Positions 1 through 13,518 of a DNA stretch of 64,000 nt are shown one piece after another. The notes beneath the pieces are model-generated. The model was given only the letters and a program-made list of their open reading frames with translations, ran no database searches and was not told where the DNA came from. This stretch comes from Macrostomum lignano (taxonomy: Eukaryota). Made by a program: the position numbers and the translations under genes. The stretch lies in the NCBI GenBank assembly GCA_002269645.1, contig NIVC01001547.1, forward strand, positions 1 through 64,000, written 5' to 3'. Each line of letters starts with the position of its first letter. Positions within the stretch are counted from its first letter, which is position 1.

Positions 1-552
1 CTCTTGATAATCCTTAGCCATGACAGCGCGGGGAGTCGCTAATCCAGTCCAATTCCTGCTGCACTTCCCTTTGCCTCTGCCCCTAACTCTAATTCTCTTT
101 CATCAACTGTGATTTAATTTTTCCTTCTGGCAGAATTCTTGCGTGATTATTTGGTAGGAAGGCTGCTGGCTAGCGTTGGTTGAAGTGGCCCTCAGTTTTT
201 GGACAGAGAAATCGTCCTAACGCGTGTGTCAGTCCTCTAGACTGCTGTAAAAAATGCACGTGCGACTTTGACACTCCTGCCGGAGACAGACCCGACTGCC
301 GGCTGGCTGCTTTTAAATTCGCAAAGTCACGCCAGGTTAAAAACAGAACCGGCGAGAGTTTCTATATATCGATAGGCGTGGATATTCTGAGAGAGTGACG
401 GAAGTGCGCGCATGCCGACCTGCCATGTTCAGACGCCTGACGGAATGATGTTTGCTCTTACGATTGCTCAATGTACTAGACTTTTAGAGACAAGAGATGA
501 GCTAGAGAAGACAAAGATTAAGACAGACAGGACGGGTGGAGACATGATGGAA

Positions 553-1048
553 GTTTAGAGACAGAGCAGGTTAGAGACAGTGGTTTAGAGACAGAGTGGG
601 TTAGAGACAGAGTGGTTAGAGACAGAGTGGGTTAGAGACAGAGTGGGTTAGAAACAGAGTGGGTTAGAGACAGAGTGGGTTAGAGACAGAGTGGGTTAGA
701 GACATAATGGGTTAGAGACAGGGCAGGTTAGAGACAGGGTGGTTTAGAGACAGAGTGGGTTAGAGACAGAGTGGGTTAGAGACAGAGTGGGTTAGAGACA
801 GAGTGGGTTAGAAACAGAGTGGGTTTGAGACAAGTCAGATTAGAGAGTGGGTTCGAGACAGGGTGGGTTGAGGCTAAAGACACGATAAGTAGAGACAGGA
901 CAGGTAAAGACAGGAAGAAACAGGACAGATAGAGGGTAAAGACACGACAAGTAGAGACAAGGACGGGTAAAGACAAGAATGTTAGAGACGACATGGATGT
1001 TAAAGACAGGACAGGTAGAGAGCGAGTAAAGACACGACAAGTAAAGAC
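553..1048. repeat. 16-bp minisatellite (TTAGAGACAGAGTGGG)n decaying into a degenerate GTAAAGACACGACAA-type tail
   Basis: About 18 near-identical 16-mers from ~555 to ~860, then degenerate related units to ~1048. Confidence 0.9.
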
Positions 1049-3849
1049 AGTATAGCAGGGCTAAATGTGGAAATACGAAAATTGCAAAAAGAACAAGATG
1101 GCCACTGGATCATGATAGGAAGCGATGTAGAGATTTAATCCTTATCTATATATACAGGACTTAATGCTAGGATGTATGTGACGCGTCAAAGAATAAAATA
1201 GTTAGTTTCCCTAGCTTCCTGTCTCTGTGAAATCTCATCACTGAGGGGAGGTTACAGAGACTCCGGAAGCCTTTGCCTATCTGAGTCGCCTGTGTAGGAA
1301 ATGACTTGCCAGCTTGGCGGATATTGCAATCCGAGGAGGAGAGGTGGGCAAGTAATGAAATTGTATTAAAGGTCAGCGGACTAACTGCAGTCAACATCCT
1401 TGATGCAACAGGTGTTGTTAATGCTCAGATATAAAACAAGGTGTGAGGCTTTGATAAATAATTCCTGTCCTGTCGTCCTTTAAGGCGTATTTCTCACTGC
1501 TTAGGAAGCCTACCTAGTCTAGAATCCTGACAGTTATGGGTCATCCAAATCGCGAGTTAGCGCTTTGAATCCCTGATTAAACTCCAGGTTTTCACCATTT
1601 TCTCGCCTTTCTCAGACCAGAGACCACTTCCTGAATCTACTGTCGCCCGCAACGTTCCCCCTCTCTTGCTGACTTTCTCGTTGGTCCCTTTCCACCCTCC
1701 GCCGCCGCCATTCCGGGCGGCCCGGCCTATTCGCCTCGGAACGGAAGTCAATCATGACCGCGGTAATTTACTGACTAGCAGGCTGGGCTTGGCCGTGGCG
1801 AGAGTGTGCGAGGGGGCGGGTTGGGCTGGAGGAGCACGGGGCGAGGCTGGTCCCGGAGCGGCGGCAACCCCCCGTAATCTCCTTATCTCTCGGGGGACTT
1901 TCCGCCAGGCTGGGAGAGAGTCCGGCGGGACCGGTAGCCATGAGAGCTAGGGTGTGTGGGATTGGGGGGGGGACCAAGTCTGAAAACCTCAGCAGCGCGA
2001 AGGGCTTCTGTCGCCCTGGCGCGCGTTTCCTTCTGTTGGGCCTGACCTCCCCCATTGCTTATTGCAACCTTCGGGGAAAGAGGAAGAGAGAAAGGACGCA
2101 TATGAGGACAGAGAGTCAGTCGTGGGTGAGAGGGTTTGGTGAAGCGGAGATTCTTCTACTTTCTCCTCCCCCCCTTCTATGCTCGATCTTAAATCTCACG
2201 CATGCTTTGCTTATGCATGTTATTTGCCCGTCCTTTCAGAAGCAGCCGCTGCTGCCGTCACCGCCGCTACTTCCCTTATGTTTTTTCTTCTTTTTCTTTT
2301 CTCCCCATCTCCAGGCGGAGCTGTTGAAGGCAGCTGAGCTCACTCAGACATCCACTCCAATGCGACCGCGGCAGTTGGTGAAGTGTAGGTATTTAAGCCG
2401 GAGCGAGGACATTCATTCAGCCATGAAAGAAAGAGGGAGAGGGCGAGGGAGGGAGAGAAGAGACGTCACTCATAACGCTAGAGTGGACAACGCAGCACGC
2501 TACGACATCCTTGTCTCGAGGCTCGCTTCACTTAATCTCTCCATCTCTCCCTCTCCTTTATCCCTATCTACCTATTCCTCGTTCCAGTCGCTAATAGAGC
2601 GAATATAAGAGAATAAACTGAACCAACTTGGGTTGGGCCAGAGCTACCGGTCTAAATTATTGTACAAGACCTATCAGTCCGCCTATAAGTATATTCAAGG
2701 GCTTGTGGAAGCTAATGCTGATTAATAGTGCAAGGCGATGATCAAGTTGTCACACTCAGCAACATGTTAAAGTTTCCACCTCGAAATCAATGGTCCTGTG
2801 TGAGTGTGCGCCCGCGTAGAATTGGTTGTGGGACGATTTCAATGAAGTCGTTACTCCAGGGTGCCACAGCTCTTCTTCAAATTGAATATTATTACTGTTA
2901 TGCATTACATTTTCACTGCTTATTATACTATCATATAGGGTTAACGCCTGAGAGCCATTAACGATAAGTTGATTTGATTAATAAAACCGCAAATTCTTGA
3001 AATTCTACAAAATTCTGTGAAGAAATGAAAAACAACTGGAACAAATTAGAAAATACGCCATAGTTTATAGAAATAGAAAATACTCTTCTTTCGATGAATG
3101 CTTTTTACTTTGAAACTGTCGATGAAGTTCCGATTAAGTTTGTAACATTAATTACAATTGACTTAAACGTTAATTCTGTATAGTAAATGCGAGCTGACAC
3201 AACGGGATGGGAAGGCTGCAGGTTTTAACAGCGGGGGGGGGCTTGGCGGTAGACTCTGTCCAGATTTTGATGCAATGATGACAGTTTGACATATGCTTGG
3301 GGCATAGAAAGTGTGACAGATAGTAATTTATTTTTTGCTTGAAAAGAGCCATAAAGGACGAGGAGAAAAACAGGAAAAGATGAACTGACAGAGACACAAA
3401 CTGACTAGGAATTGACATGCGGAACACTACATGTTAAGCTTCATAATTTGCAGAATTACTTCCACAAGCCGCAAGTTTTATCAAATTCTAGAATGGTAAA
3501 ATCACAGAAATTCAATCGAATGTAACGCTGACCACTGAAAGCTTACAAATAGGAGAAGCGAACAAACACTAGCTGTATGAGGAGCAAGGCACTTGACAAC
3601 GATAAATAGCGATGAGTGCTGAACGCTCCTGATCCTCTCAGACCTCCGAAGAAGAAGTGCTCTAGTTGATTGAATGAGAAACAGAAATTGGACGGCGTCG
3701 ATGATCTCGATGCTCTCCGGGCTGGAACAATCCAGATTTTGTGCACCGGTGAAGTGCCACTATTGCAGATGGGAAAACACGGAACGGTAATGATACGTGC
3801 ATCGGAACATTTTTTCAGAGTAGCTATCGAGTGTAAGCCAGCCTGTGTA

Positions 3850-4696
3850 TCACATGACACAGCACTGGTTCCGTCGCAGCGCCTCCTGCACTCGGGCCGA
3901 GGTGGGCTTATGTCCAAAGTCCTTGTGATCGATTGCCTTCAGTAGTTCGCGGAATGCGCTGCCTACGTGCCAGTTGTACTTGGCAGAGCACTCTACAAAC
4001 ATGCACTTCCACTGCTTGCGCACTATGTTGCTTGTCTCTCGGCGCGCCTCCTTGCCCTTGTCTTTCGACGCGTCCTTGTTGCTGTTCTCTTTCTCTGATT
4101 TGCCGTTGCTAACCAGGTCGGCTTTGTTCGCTGCCACCAGTATTGGCGCGTCGATGCCTGCTCCTGGATGCTCTCGCGAATACGCCGGATGTAGGCAAAC
4201 GAAGATTCGTCGCTGATGTCGTAGACCAGGACGTAGCCGGATGCTGAACGCAAGCCGAAGCCGCGAAAGTCGGAGAATTCTTGCAGCGAGTCGGTTGGAA
4301 AGTAGCGCAGGGTGGGACAGTCGACAATGCGAGCGTCGTAGCAGTGCTCATTGACAGTGATCGACGGGTGGTAGATTGTTGGCTTGCGAGTTGGGGTGTA
4401 GACCTCCGGGCAACTGCATTGGACGAACTGTTGCACCAGGCAGGTCTTACCAACTTTGCTTGCTCCAAGGACAACAATGCGGATGTCCTGCACCTCTGGT
4501 CCGGTCTTTTCCGCGCGTTATGATTTGAAAAGGCGCCAGCGATTGTGCGGTCCTTGGTCTTTGAGTCTTTTGTCTGAACTGAGTGACCGTTGGAGCTGCC
4601 GCCCCCGCTGCCGCCGATGCCGCCGCTGCCGGCCAGCCCACCGGCGCTGCCGCCACCGCCAATACCGCCGCTTCCACCGCCTCCGTTTCGGAACAT
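3850..4696 (-). CDS. RASL10B: RASL10-like (Ras-like family 10) small GTPase, about 282 aa after correcting two apparent 1-nt deletions
   Basis: G1 IVVLGASKVGKT, DARIVDCP, FPTDSLQEF, YVLVYDI, G4 [25 protein letters not shown] and C-terminal EALRRNQCCVM (CaaX) closely match recalled RASL10B motifs ([29 protein letters not shown]). The frame shifts near 4507-4510 (A4 run on -) and 4157-4158 (GG on -). ATG at 4696 (Gly-rich N-terminus), TGA at 3850; 847+2 nt = 283 codons. Confidence 0.9.
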
Positions 4697-6260
4697 GTTT
4701 TGGTTGAAATTACTCTTTTATTCTGTTGCTTTTAGAAGAAGCTGCTTAAGACTTTTTGGCGATGGTTGCAGAGCTCTAAACCTGTTTGAAGTAAAGTCGT
4801 TGAAAAGTTCAGCAGCGAACTGACACGCGCGAAATTGGGCTTAAAAACTCCTGATGCAGTGACAGGAATAAAAGATTCTGACGACTTCTGTGAGAACAGA
4901 GAGGGAAAAATCTGCCAACGCTTTGTGGAGCTGGAGGCTCGGGCAATGAAAAAGGCCTGATATGAGGAGTGCAGTGTCAAGGAGGCGGAGAGGCGACGAG
5001 AGAAAGAAGAGCAGTAGCGCTTTGATGCCTTCTCTACCCTAGCTAAAGTCTCATTGGGCGAACTGGCAGACAGAGTAGGGGGTTATTAGTAGACTCAAGG
5101 GCAGGGGAGCAGACAACACAGGGAATCAACAGGACTCGGTTGACGGGATATACAAGTGGTTATTTTATGCATGCAAAAATCAATGCGCTGATATGAATAA
5201 GTGGTTATTTTCGTCGATTTTCGCAAATTGTGGCAAGTGAGACTTGGTCGCGGCGCGCTCCGTCTCGGGGTTTGTTGCCCCAGCCCTGTCTTCAGGGCAG
5301 TTTTGTGTCCAAACTCCCCTTTGCGTACGTCACTGATCGGAATTGACTAATTTGAATTGCATCTTCGCTTTTCTAGTTTGGTTTTTTAATAACTTATAAA
5401 GAGTGAACAGATTTGTTCATATCGACCAGAACAATAGTGCAATTCCTAATCCAGGATATTTGAGTTTTTCTAGAGAGGAAGCAAAGTGAGCTCCAGAGCC
5501 CCGAGATGGCAGGTGGAAATAGAAGAGAACGATCTAGGGAAAAGGGGAAAGGGGGAGTGGAGGGACAATTGAGGAATAGACAGTAGGGGGTGCAGAGGGC
5601 AGGACGGGCAGGCAGACTGCATGAGAGCATGGATGAGCCGCTTTGGCGAAGCCCCCCGGTTGTCAGTCCCAGTCTGGGGATTGGCAGGTGCCTCCCCAAC
5701 TCGGAAGCGCAGAAGAGAAGAAAGCGGGAAGGGAGAGCCAAAGTAAAGAGAAAAGCAGAGGAAATTAGTCTTTGGACACGAACCTCGTGCTCAAGTACAC
5801 TGGACTAAAAAGCCCCTCAAATGCTAAAGGAATTGAAGACATCCCATTTTGCTGTCTTCAATTGATCAAAGCCGAACAGACGAACTCATTTCTGCCCAAG
5901 CTTCAGTTCGCGAATATTAAAAGCAACAAAAGAGCAATCCTTTAAATGAAATCGGGCTATTGAAAGCAGTCAAATCAATCAAAGCGTTCGCCTTGTCTAG
6001 CTCAATCAATTGATTGGATTAAATTGCTCAGCTTCAGAACGTCATAACCATCACAACCTAAACAGCCTAATTTATCAGGAATAAACTCGAAGCCAAGATC
6101 CATTAACGCCCACGCGTTTAAGTGCAGACAGATAAGCTGCTCTGACAGGATTAGTGGCTTATAATTATTGCAAATGCTCATCACCCGGCTGTGGGGAACT
6201 GGCTGCAATTCGTCAGGGTTTCCATTTTTAGACAAGTCTTTTTGTTTGCGGTCCCTCCTG

Positions 6261-6613
6261 GGGCCGATTTCATAAAAAAAACTACAAGTGACAAGTGACA
6301 AGTCGACAAATGACAAGTGACAAGTGTCAAGCGTCAACGATTTTGGTTTCATAAACATCACGCGTTACTAGTGTTAAAAAAATAACTCACTTGTGTGTCA
6401 ATGGTTAAACCACCTTATAAAATCGATCGAGCCTTTTGACCACAGACCAATATCTTTGGAGTTATGTCAAATTTGTTAAATTTCGCTTGTCACTTGTCAC
6501 TTGTAACTTGTCGATTTGTCAAGTTGTAGTTGTTTTTTATGAAACGCATTATTTTTTGGAATTGTCACTTGTCACTTGTAATTTGTCCAACAAGTGCTTT
6601 ATGAAATAGGCCC
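6261..6613. mobile_element. PIF/Harbinger-type MITE
   Basis: Terminal inverted repeats GGGCCGATTTCATAAA ... TTTATGAAATAGGCCC, flanked on both sides by CTG (CWG target-site duplication). Internal inverted ACAAGTGACAAGTG / CACTTGTCACTTGT motifs. Confidence 0.8.
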
Positions 6614-6946
6614 CTGCCAGTTCAAGTCTGACTTTTGTGCAAATTTTTTTTTTATATCTTAACTTCAACTGAAGTTTTGTATCGTCCCACTGCAATGTGG
6701 GTGAGTTATGCATGCAGACCGCAAATTACAGGAACGAACGCCGGCTCGAGTTCAGATGAAAATTGGGCTGTCTGCATTGGGGAGCAAACAGTGAGAGCTG
6801 CGCTGAGTGCAGGAGGAAACTCAGCCGAGGAAAAATATATACACATTCCCGCGAGTAGGTCGCAGCAGCAGCTGAAGACCCACCGAGGGAGATGCAGCTG
6901 GGACGGAAAGACGATTAGAAATCTTGAAATTAACTTTGCCGTCTTC

Positions 6947-6950
<4 letters not shown>

Positions 6951-6991
<41 letters not shown>
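6951..6991. repeat. (CT)n microsatellite
   Basis: About 20 perfect CT units. Confidence 0.95.
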
Positions 6992-6993
<2 letters not shown>

Positions 6994-7844
6994 CCACATC
7001 TTCCTTTCCAGTCTGTCGTCGAGCAGGGGGGGGTGTTTTTCGCGCGACTTTAATCAGCTTGAATAATGAGTACCATGTGAATATTGGGATATTTGTTTAT
7101 GCGCACGTATAAGCGCTAGGCTTTGTGTGATCACTAGGACAACCCTGAAGCTCTGCTCAGACTCAAATTATCAAGCAAAAGGTTCCACAGCGTCTCGAGG
7201 GCTGGACACAGGAAGGAGTCCCAGCTGACTCAGGAAGTCGCTTAAAAGTGGGGTCCATTAAAACTCAATTGAGCATGAAATTCTTCTCCGCTTTGAGAAA
7301 GCTGGGCCCTAAAGAGCAGTAAAATGAAATAAAATTGATGCAGAAAAAGAAAGATTTTTGCGTGACAAAGCGAACCAGACGATGATGGAAGTGGGCGAGA
7401 AGGAACCTCGGATATAAAAATGAGCGAGCCTTCGGGGAGCCTCCGAGAGGCACACGATCAGACAGATAGACAGAAATTTCTATCACAATAAATTTGCCTT
7501 CAGCATTTTGTTTTCTAGGTAAACTCAAAAGAAAAAAAATCATCAATCTGCCTTAAAAAGCAACACATGAGGTTGCGAGTTGAGATATTTTCGTTGTTTC
7601 ACGCAGAGATCGCGGAGAATTCTGGGTTCAAAGTAAGGGCGTGAATGAGTGCCTGATTAATTAATTTCCATTTACGCTTGGCTTATTCTGAGTGTAAGCA
7701 GCTTCAACAGCATCCATGAGACTGGAGTCACAGTTCATAGCATGATAAAAAACGCATGAAAGTGTACTTTAAAAACCTGGCAGTTTTTTATGTTCCTAAT
7801 TTATAAAATAACGATTTTTAGAGCATTCAACAATGCTAATACAA

Positions 7845-9958
<2,114 letters not shown>

Positions 9959-10242
9959 TAATGCATTATTAGGGGTTGAACACGCAGAATGGTTTCAAAG
10001 CTGAGTAACTGCTAGAAATCTGTATATTATTTCATCTTTATTGAAAAAGAATTAGTCGGATAAAGGATAAGGGGCTTCAGATAAAGCGAGATGCGTTCAC
10101 CCTCTTCCCACTTGAACGACTGTCAGCTATTGAATCTAGTTGCTACTAAATCGCAGGAATTTTATTAGAGCTGACAAAAATAATCGCATTTTATCAAGAC
10201 TGCAATGGAGACTGTTGCTCTACGGTTATGCTGGCTATAATG

Positions 10243-10330
10243 CAGGGGTCGGCCAACTCCAACCCGCGGCTACATGCGGCCTGCAAAGCCTCTCTATCCG
10301 TCCGGCCCTCGGGTCCTTTGAAACTTTAAA
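10243..10330 (+). mobile_element. hAT (Charlie/Tip100-like) DNA transposon 5' terminal fragment
   Basis: CAGGGGTCGGCCAACT...CCCGCGGCTACATGCGGCC resembles the conserved hAT-Charlie left end (CAGGGGTCGGCAAAC...GCGGCCC). No right end found. Confidence 0.6.
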
Positions 10331-10354
10331 ATAGTAATCCGTCTCGCTCAAAGT

Positions 10355-13300
10355 TTGTGTCTCTTCTTAGCTCTCTTCTCTCACCTTTCTCTTCTCCTCT
10401 CCTCTCCTCTCCCTTTTCCTCTCCTCTCCTCTCCCTTTTCCTCTCCTCTCCTCTCCCTTTTCCTCTCCTCTCCTCTCCTCTACTCTCCTCTCCTCTCCTC
10501 TCCTCTCCTCTCCTCTCCTCTCCTCTCCTCTCTCTCTCTCCTCCCTCTCCTCCCTCTCCTCTCCTCCCCTCTCCTCTCTCCCCTCCTCTCCTCTCCTCTC
10601 CTCTCCTCTCCTCTCCTCTCCTCTCCTCTCCTCTGCTCTCCTCTCCTCTCCTCCCCCTCCCCTCTCCTCTCCTCTCTCTCTCCTCCCCTCTCCTCTCCTC
10701 CCTCCCCTCTCCTCTCCTCTCCTCTCCTCTTCCTCTCCTCTCCTCTCCTCTCCTCTCCTCTCCTCTCCTCTCCTCTCCCTCTCCTCCCCTCTCCTCTCCT
10801 CTCCTCTCCTCTCCTCTCCTCTCCTCTCCTCTCCTCCTCTCCTCCCCTCTCCCTCCCCTCCTCCTCTCCTCCCTCCCCTCTCCTCTCCTCTCCTCTCCTC
10901 TCCTCTCCTCCTCTCCTCCCCTCTCCTCTCCTCCCTCTCCTCCCCTCTCCTCTCCCCCTCTCCTCTCCTCCCTCCCCTCTCCTCTCCTCTCCTCTCCTCT
11001 TCCTCTCCTCTCCTCTCCTCTCCTCTCCTCTCCTCTCCTCTCCTCTCCTCCTCTCCCTCCCCTCCCTCCCTCTCCTCCCCTCTCCTCTCCTCTCCTCTCC
11101 TCTCCTCCCTCTCCTCCCCTCTCCTCTCCTCCCCTCTCCTCTCCTCCCTCCCCTTCTCTCCTCTCCTCTCCTCTCCTCTCCTCTCCTTCCTCTCCTCTCC
11201 TCTCCTCTCCTCTCCTCTCCTCTCCTTCTCCTCCTCTCCTCCCCTCTCCTCTCCTCCCTCTCCTCTCCTCTCCTCCCCTCTCCTCTCCTCCCTCTCCTCT
11301 CCTCTCCTCTCCTCTCCTCCCCTCTCCTCTCCTCCCTCTCCTCTCCTCCCTCCCCTCTCCTCTCCTCTCCTCCCCTCTCCTCTCCTCCCCTCCCCTCTCC
11401 TCTCCTCCTCCTCTCCTCTCCTCTCCTCTCCTCTCCTCTCCTCTCCTCCTCCTCCTCTCCTCCCCTCTCCTCTCCTCCCTCTCCTCTCCTCCCCTCCCCT
11501 CTCCTCTCCTCTCCTCTCCTCTCCTCTCCTCTCCTCTCCTCCCTCCCTCTCCTCTCCTCTCCTCTCCTCTCCTCTCCTCTCCTCTCCTCTCCTTTCCTCT
11601 CCTCTCCTCTCCTCCCTCTCCTCCCTCTCCTCTCCTCCCCTCTCCTCTCCTCTCCTCCCCTCCCTCTCCTCTCCTCCTCTCCTCTCCTCCCTCTCCTCTC
11701 CTCCCCTCCCTCTCCTCTCCTCTCCTCTCCTCTCCTCTCCTCTCCTCTCCTCCCCTCTCCCTCTACTCTCCTCTCCTCTCCCCTCTCCTCTCCTCTCCTC
11801 TCCTCTCCTCTCCTCTCCTCTCCTCTCCTCTCCTCTCCTCCCTCTCCTCTACTCTCCTCTCCTCCCTCTCCTCTACTCTCCTCTCCTCCCTCTCCTCCCC
11901 TCTCCTCTCCTCCCCTCTCCTCTCCTCTCCTCTCCTCTCCCTTTCCTCTCCTCTCCTCTCCTCCCCTCCCCTCTCCTCTCCTCTCCTCTCCTCTCCTCTC
12001 CTCTCCTCCCTCTCCTCCCCTCTCCTCTCCTCCCTCTCCTCTCCTCCCCTCCCCTCTCCTCTCCTCTCCTCTCCTCTCCTCTCCTCTCCTCTCCTCTCCT
12101 CTCCTCCCTCTCCTCTACTCTCCTCTCCTCCCTCTCCTCCCCTCTCCTCTCCTCCCCTCTCCTCTCCTCTCCTCTCCTCTCCCTTTTCCTCTCCTCTCCT
12201 CTCCTCCCCTCCCCTCTCCTCTCCTCTCCTCTCCTCTCCTCTCCTCTCCTCTCCTCCCTCTCCTCTCCTCTCCTCTCCTCCCCTCTCCTCTCCTCCCCTC
12301 CCCTCTCCTCTCCTCTCCTCTCCTCTCCTCTCCTCTCCTCCCCTCCCCTCTCCTCTCCTCTCCTCTCCTCTCCTCTCCTCTCCTCCCCTCTCCTCTCCTC
12401 CCCTCTCCTCTCCTCCCCTCTCCTCTCCTCCCCTCCCCTCTCCTCTCCTCTCCTCTCCTTTCCTCTCCTCTCCTCCCTCTCCTCTCCTCCCCTCTCCTCT
12501 CCTCTCCTCTCCTCTCCTCTCCTCTCCTCTCCTCCCTCTCCTCTACTCTCCTCTCCTCCCTCTCCTCCCCTCTCCTCTCCTCCCCTCTCCTCTCCTCCCT
12601 CCCCTCTCCTCTCCTCTCCTCTCCTCTCCTCTCCTCTCCTCTCCTCTCCTCTCCTCTCCTCCCTCTCCTCTACTCTCCTCTCCTCTACTCTCCTCTACTC
12701 TCCTCTACTCTCCTCTCCTCTACTCTCCTCTACTCTACTCTCCTCTCCTCTACTCTACTCTCCTTTACTTTCCTCTACTCTCCTCTACTCTCCTCTACTC
12801 TCCTCTACTCTCCTCTACTCTCCTCTACTCTCCTCTCCTCTACTCTCCTCTACTCTACTCTCCTCTACTCTCCTCTACTCTCCTCTACTCTCCTCTACTC
12901 TCCTCTACTCTCCTCTACTCTCCTCTACTCTCCTCTACTCTCCTCTACTCTCCTCTCCTCTACTCTCCTCTACTCTACTCTCCTCTCCTCTACTCTACTC
13001 TCCTCTACTCTCCTCTACTCTCCTCTACTCTCCTCTACTCTCCTCTACTCTCCTCTACTCTCCTCTACTCTCCTCTCCTCTCCTCTACTCTACTCTTCTC
13101 TACTCTCCTCTACTCTCCTCTACTCTCCTCTACTCTCCTCTACTCTCCTCTACTCTCCTCTCCTCTACTCTCCTCTACTCTACTCTCCTCTACTCTCCTC
13201 TACTCTCCTCTACTCTCCTCTACTCTCCTCTACTCTCCTCTACTCTCCTCTCCTCTCCTCTCCTCTCCCTTTTACTCTTCCTTCCATCCTCTCTCCTATC

Positions 13301-13430
13301 ATTCTCTTCTCTTCCTCCCCTCTCTCCTCTCCTATTTGATATCTCGTCATCTCTATTCCTTTATTCCCTCGCCTCTCCTTTTTCCTATTTCTCTTATCTA
13401 TTCTCTCTCCTCTCTCCCCTCCTCTGGCGC
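10355..13430. repeat. 3-kb polypyrimidine satellite: (CTCTC)n converting to 10-mer (CTCTCCTCTA)n
   Basis: Almost pure C/T on + until ~12660, then periodic A every 10 nt. It explains the two ~1000-aa LSSP ORFs. Confidence 0.98.
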
Positions 13431-13518
13431 TCAGTCATGCGCTGGCTTCTCAATGTAGACAGAAATTCTTGTTGTAAAATTTCTTTTATAAATTAGTTTC
13501 CAGTCAAAATTCGTTCCG

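Noticed and set aside
395-420. ETS (CGGAAGTG) plus NRF1-like (GCGCGCATGC) promoter motif pair
   Set aside because: No associated gene could be identified in the window, and such short motifs are insufficient alone.
1940-2608. 222-aa ORF and an exon-like segment at ~2315-2389
   Set aside because: Low-complexity composition, no recognisable domain, and no partner exons could be linked.
4157-4510. Programmed ribosomal frameshifting in RASL10
   Set aside because: No slippery heptamer or stimulatory structure is evident. Two independent 1-nt losses in short homopolymers are better explained by consensus error.
6690-7450. Scattered exon-like pieces on + (DNPEALLRLKLSSK; EKERFLRDKANQTMMEVGEKEPRI)
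   Set aside because: They could not be joined into a consistent phase-compatible model and contain stops.
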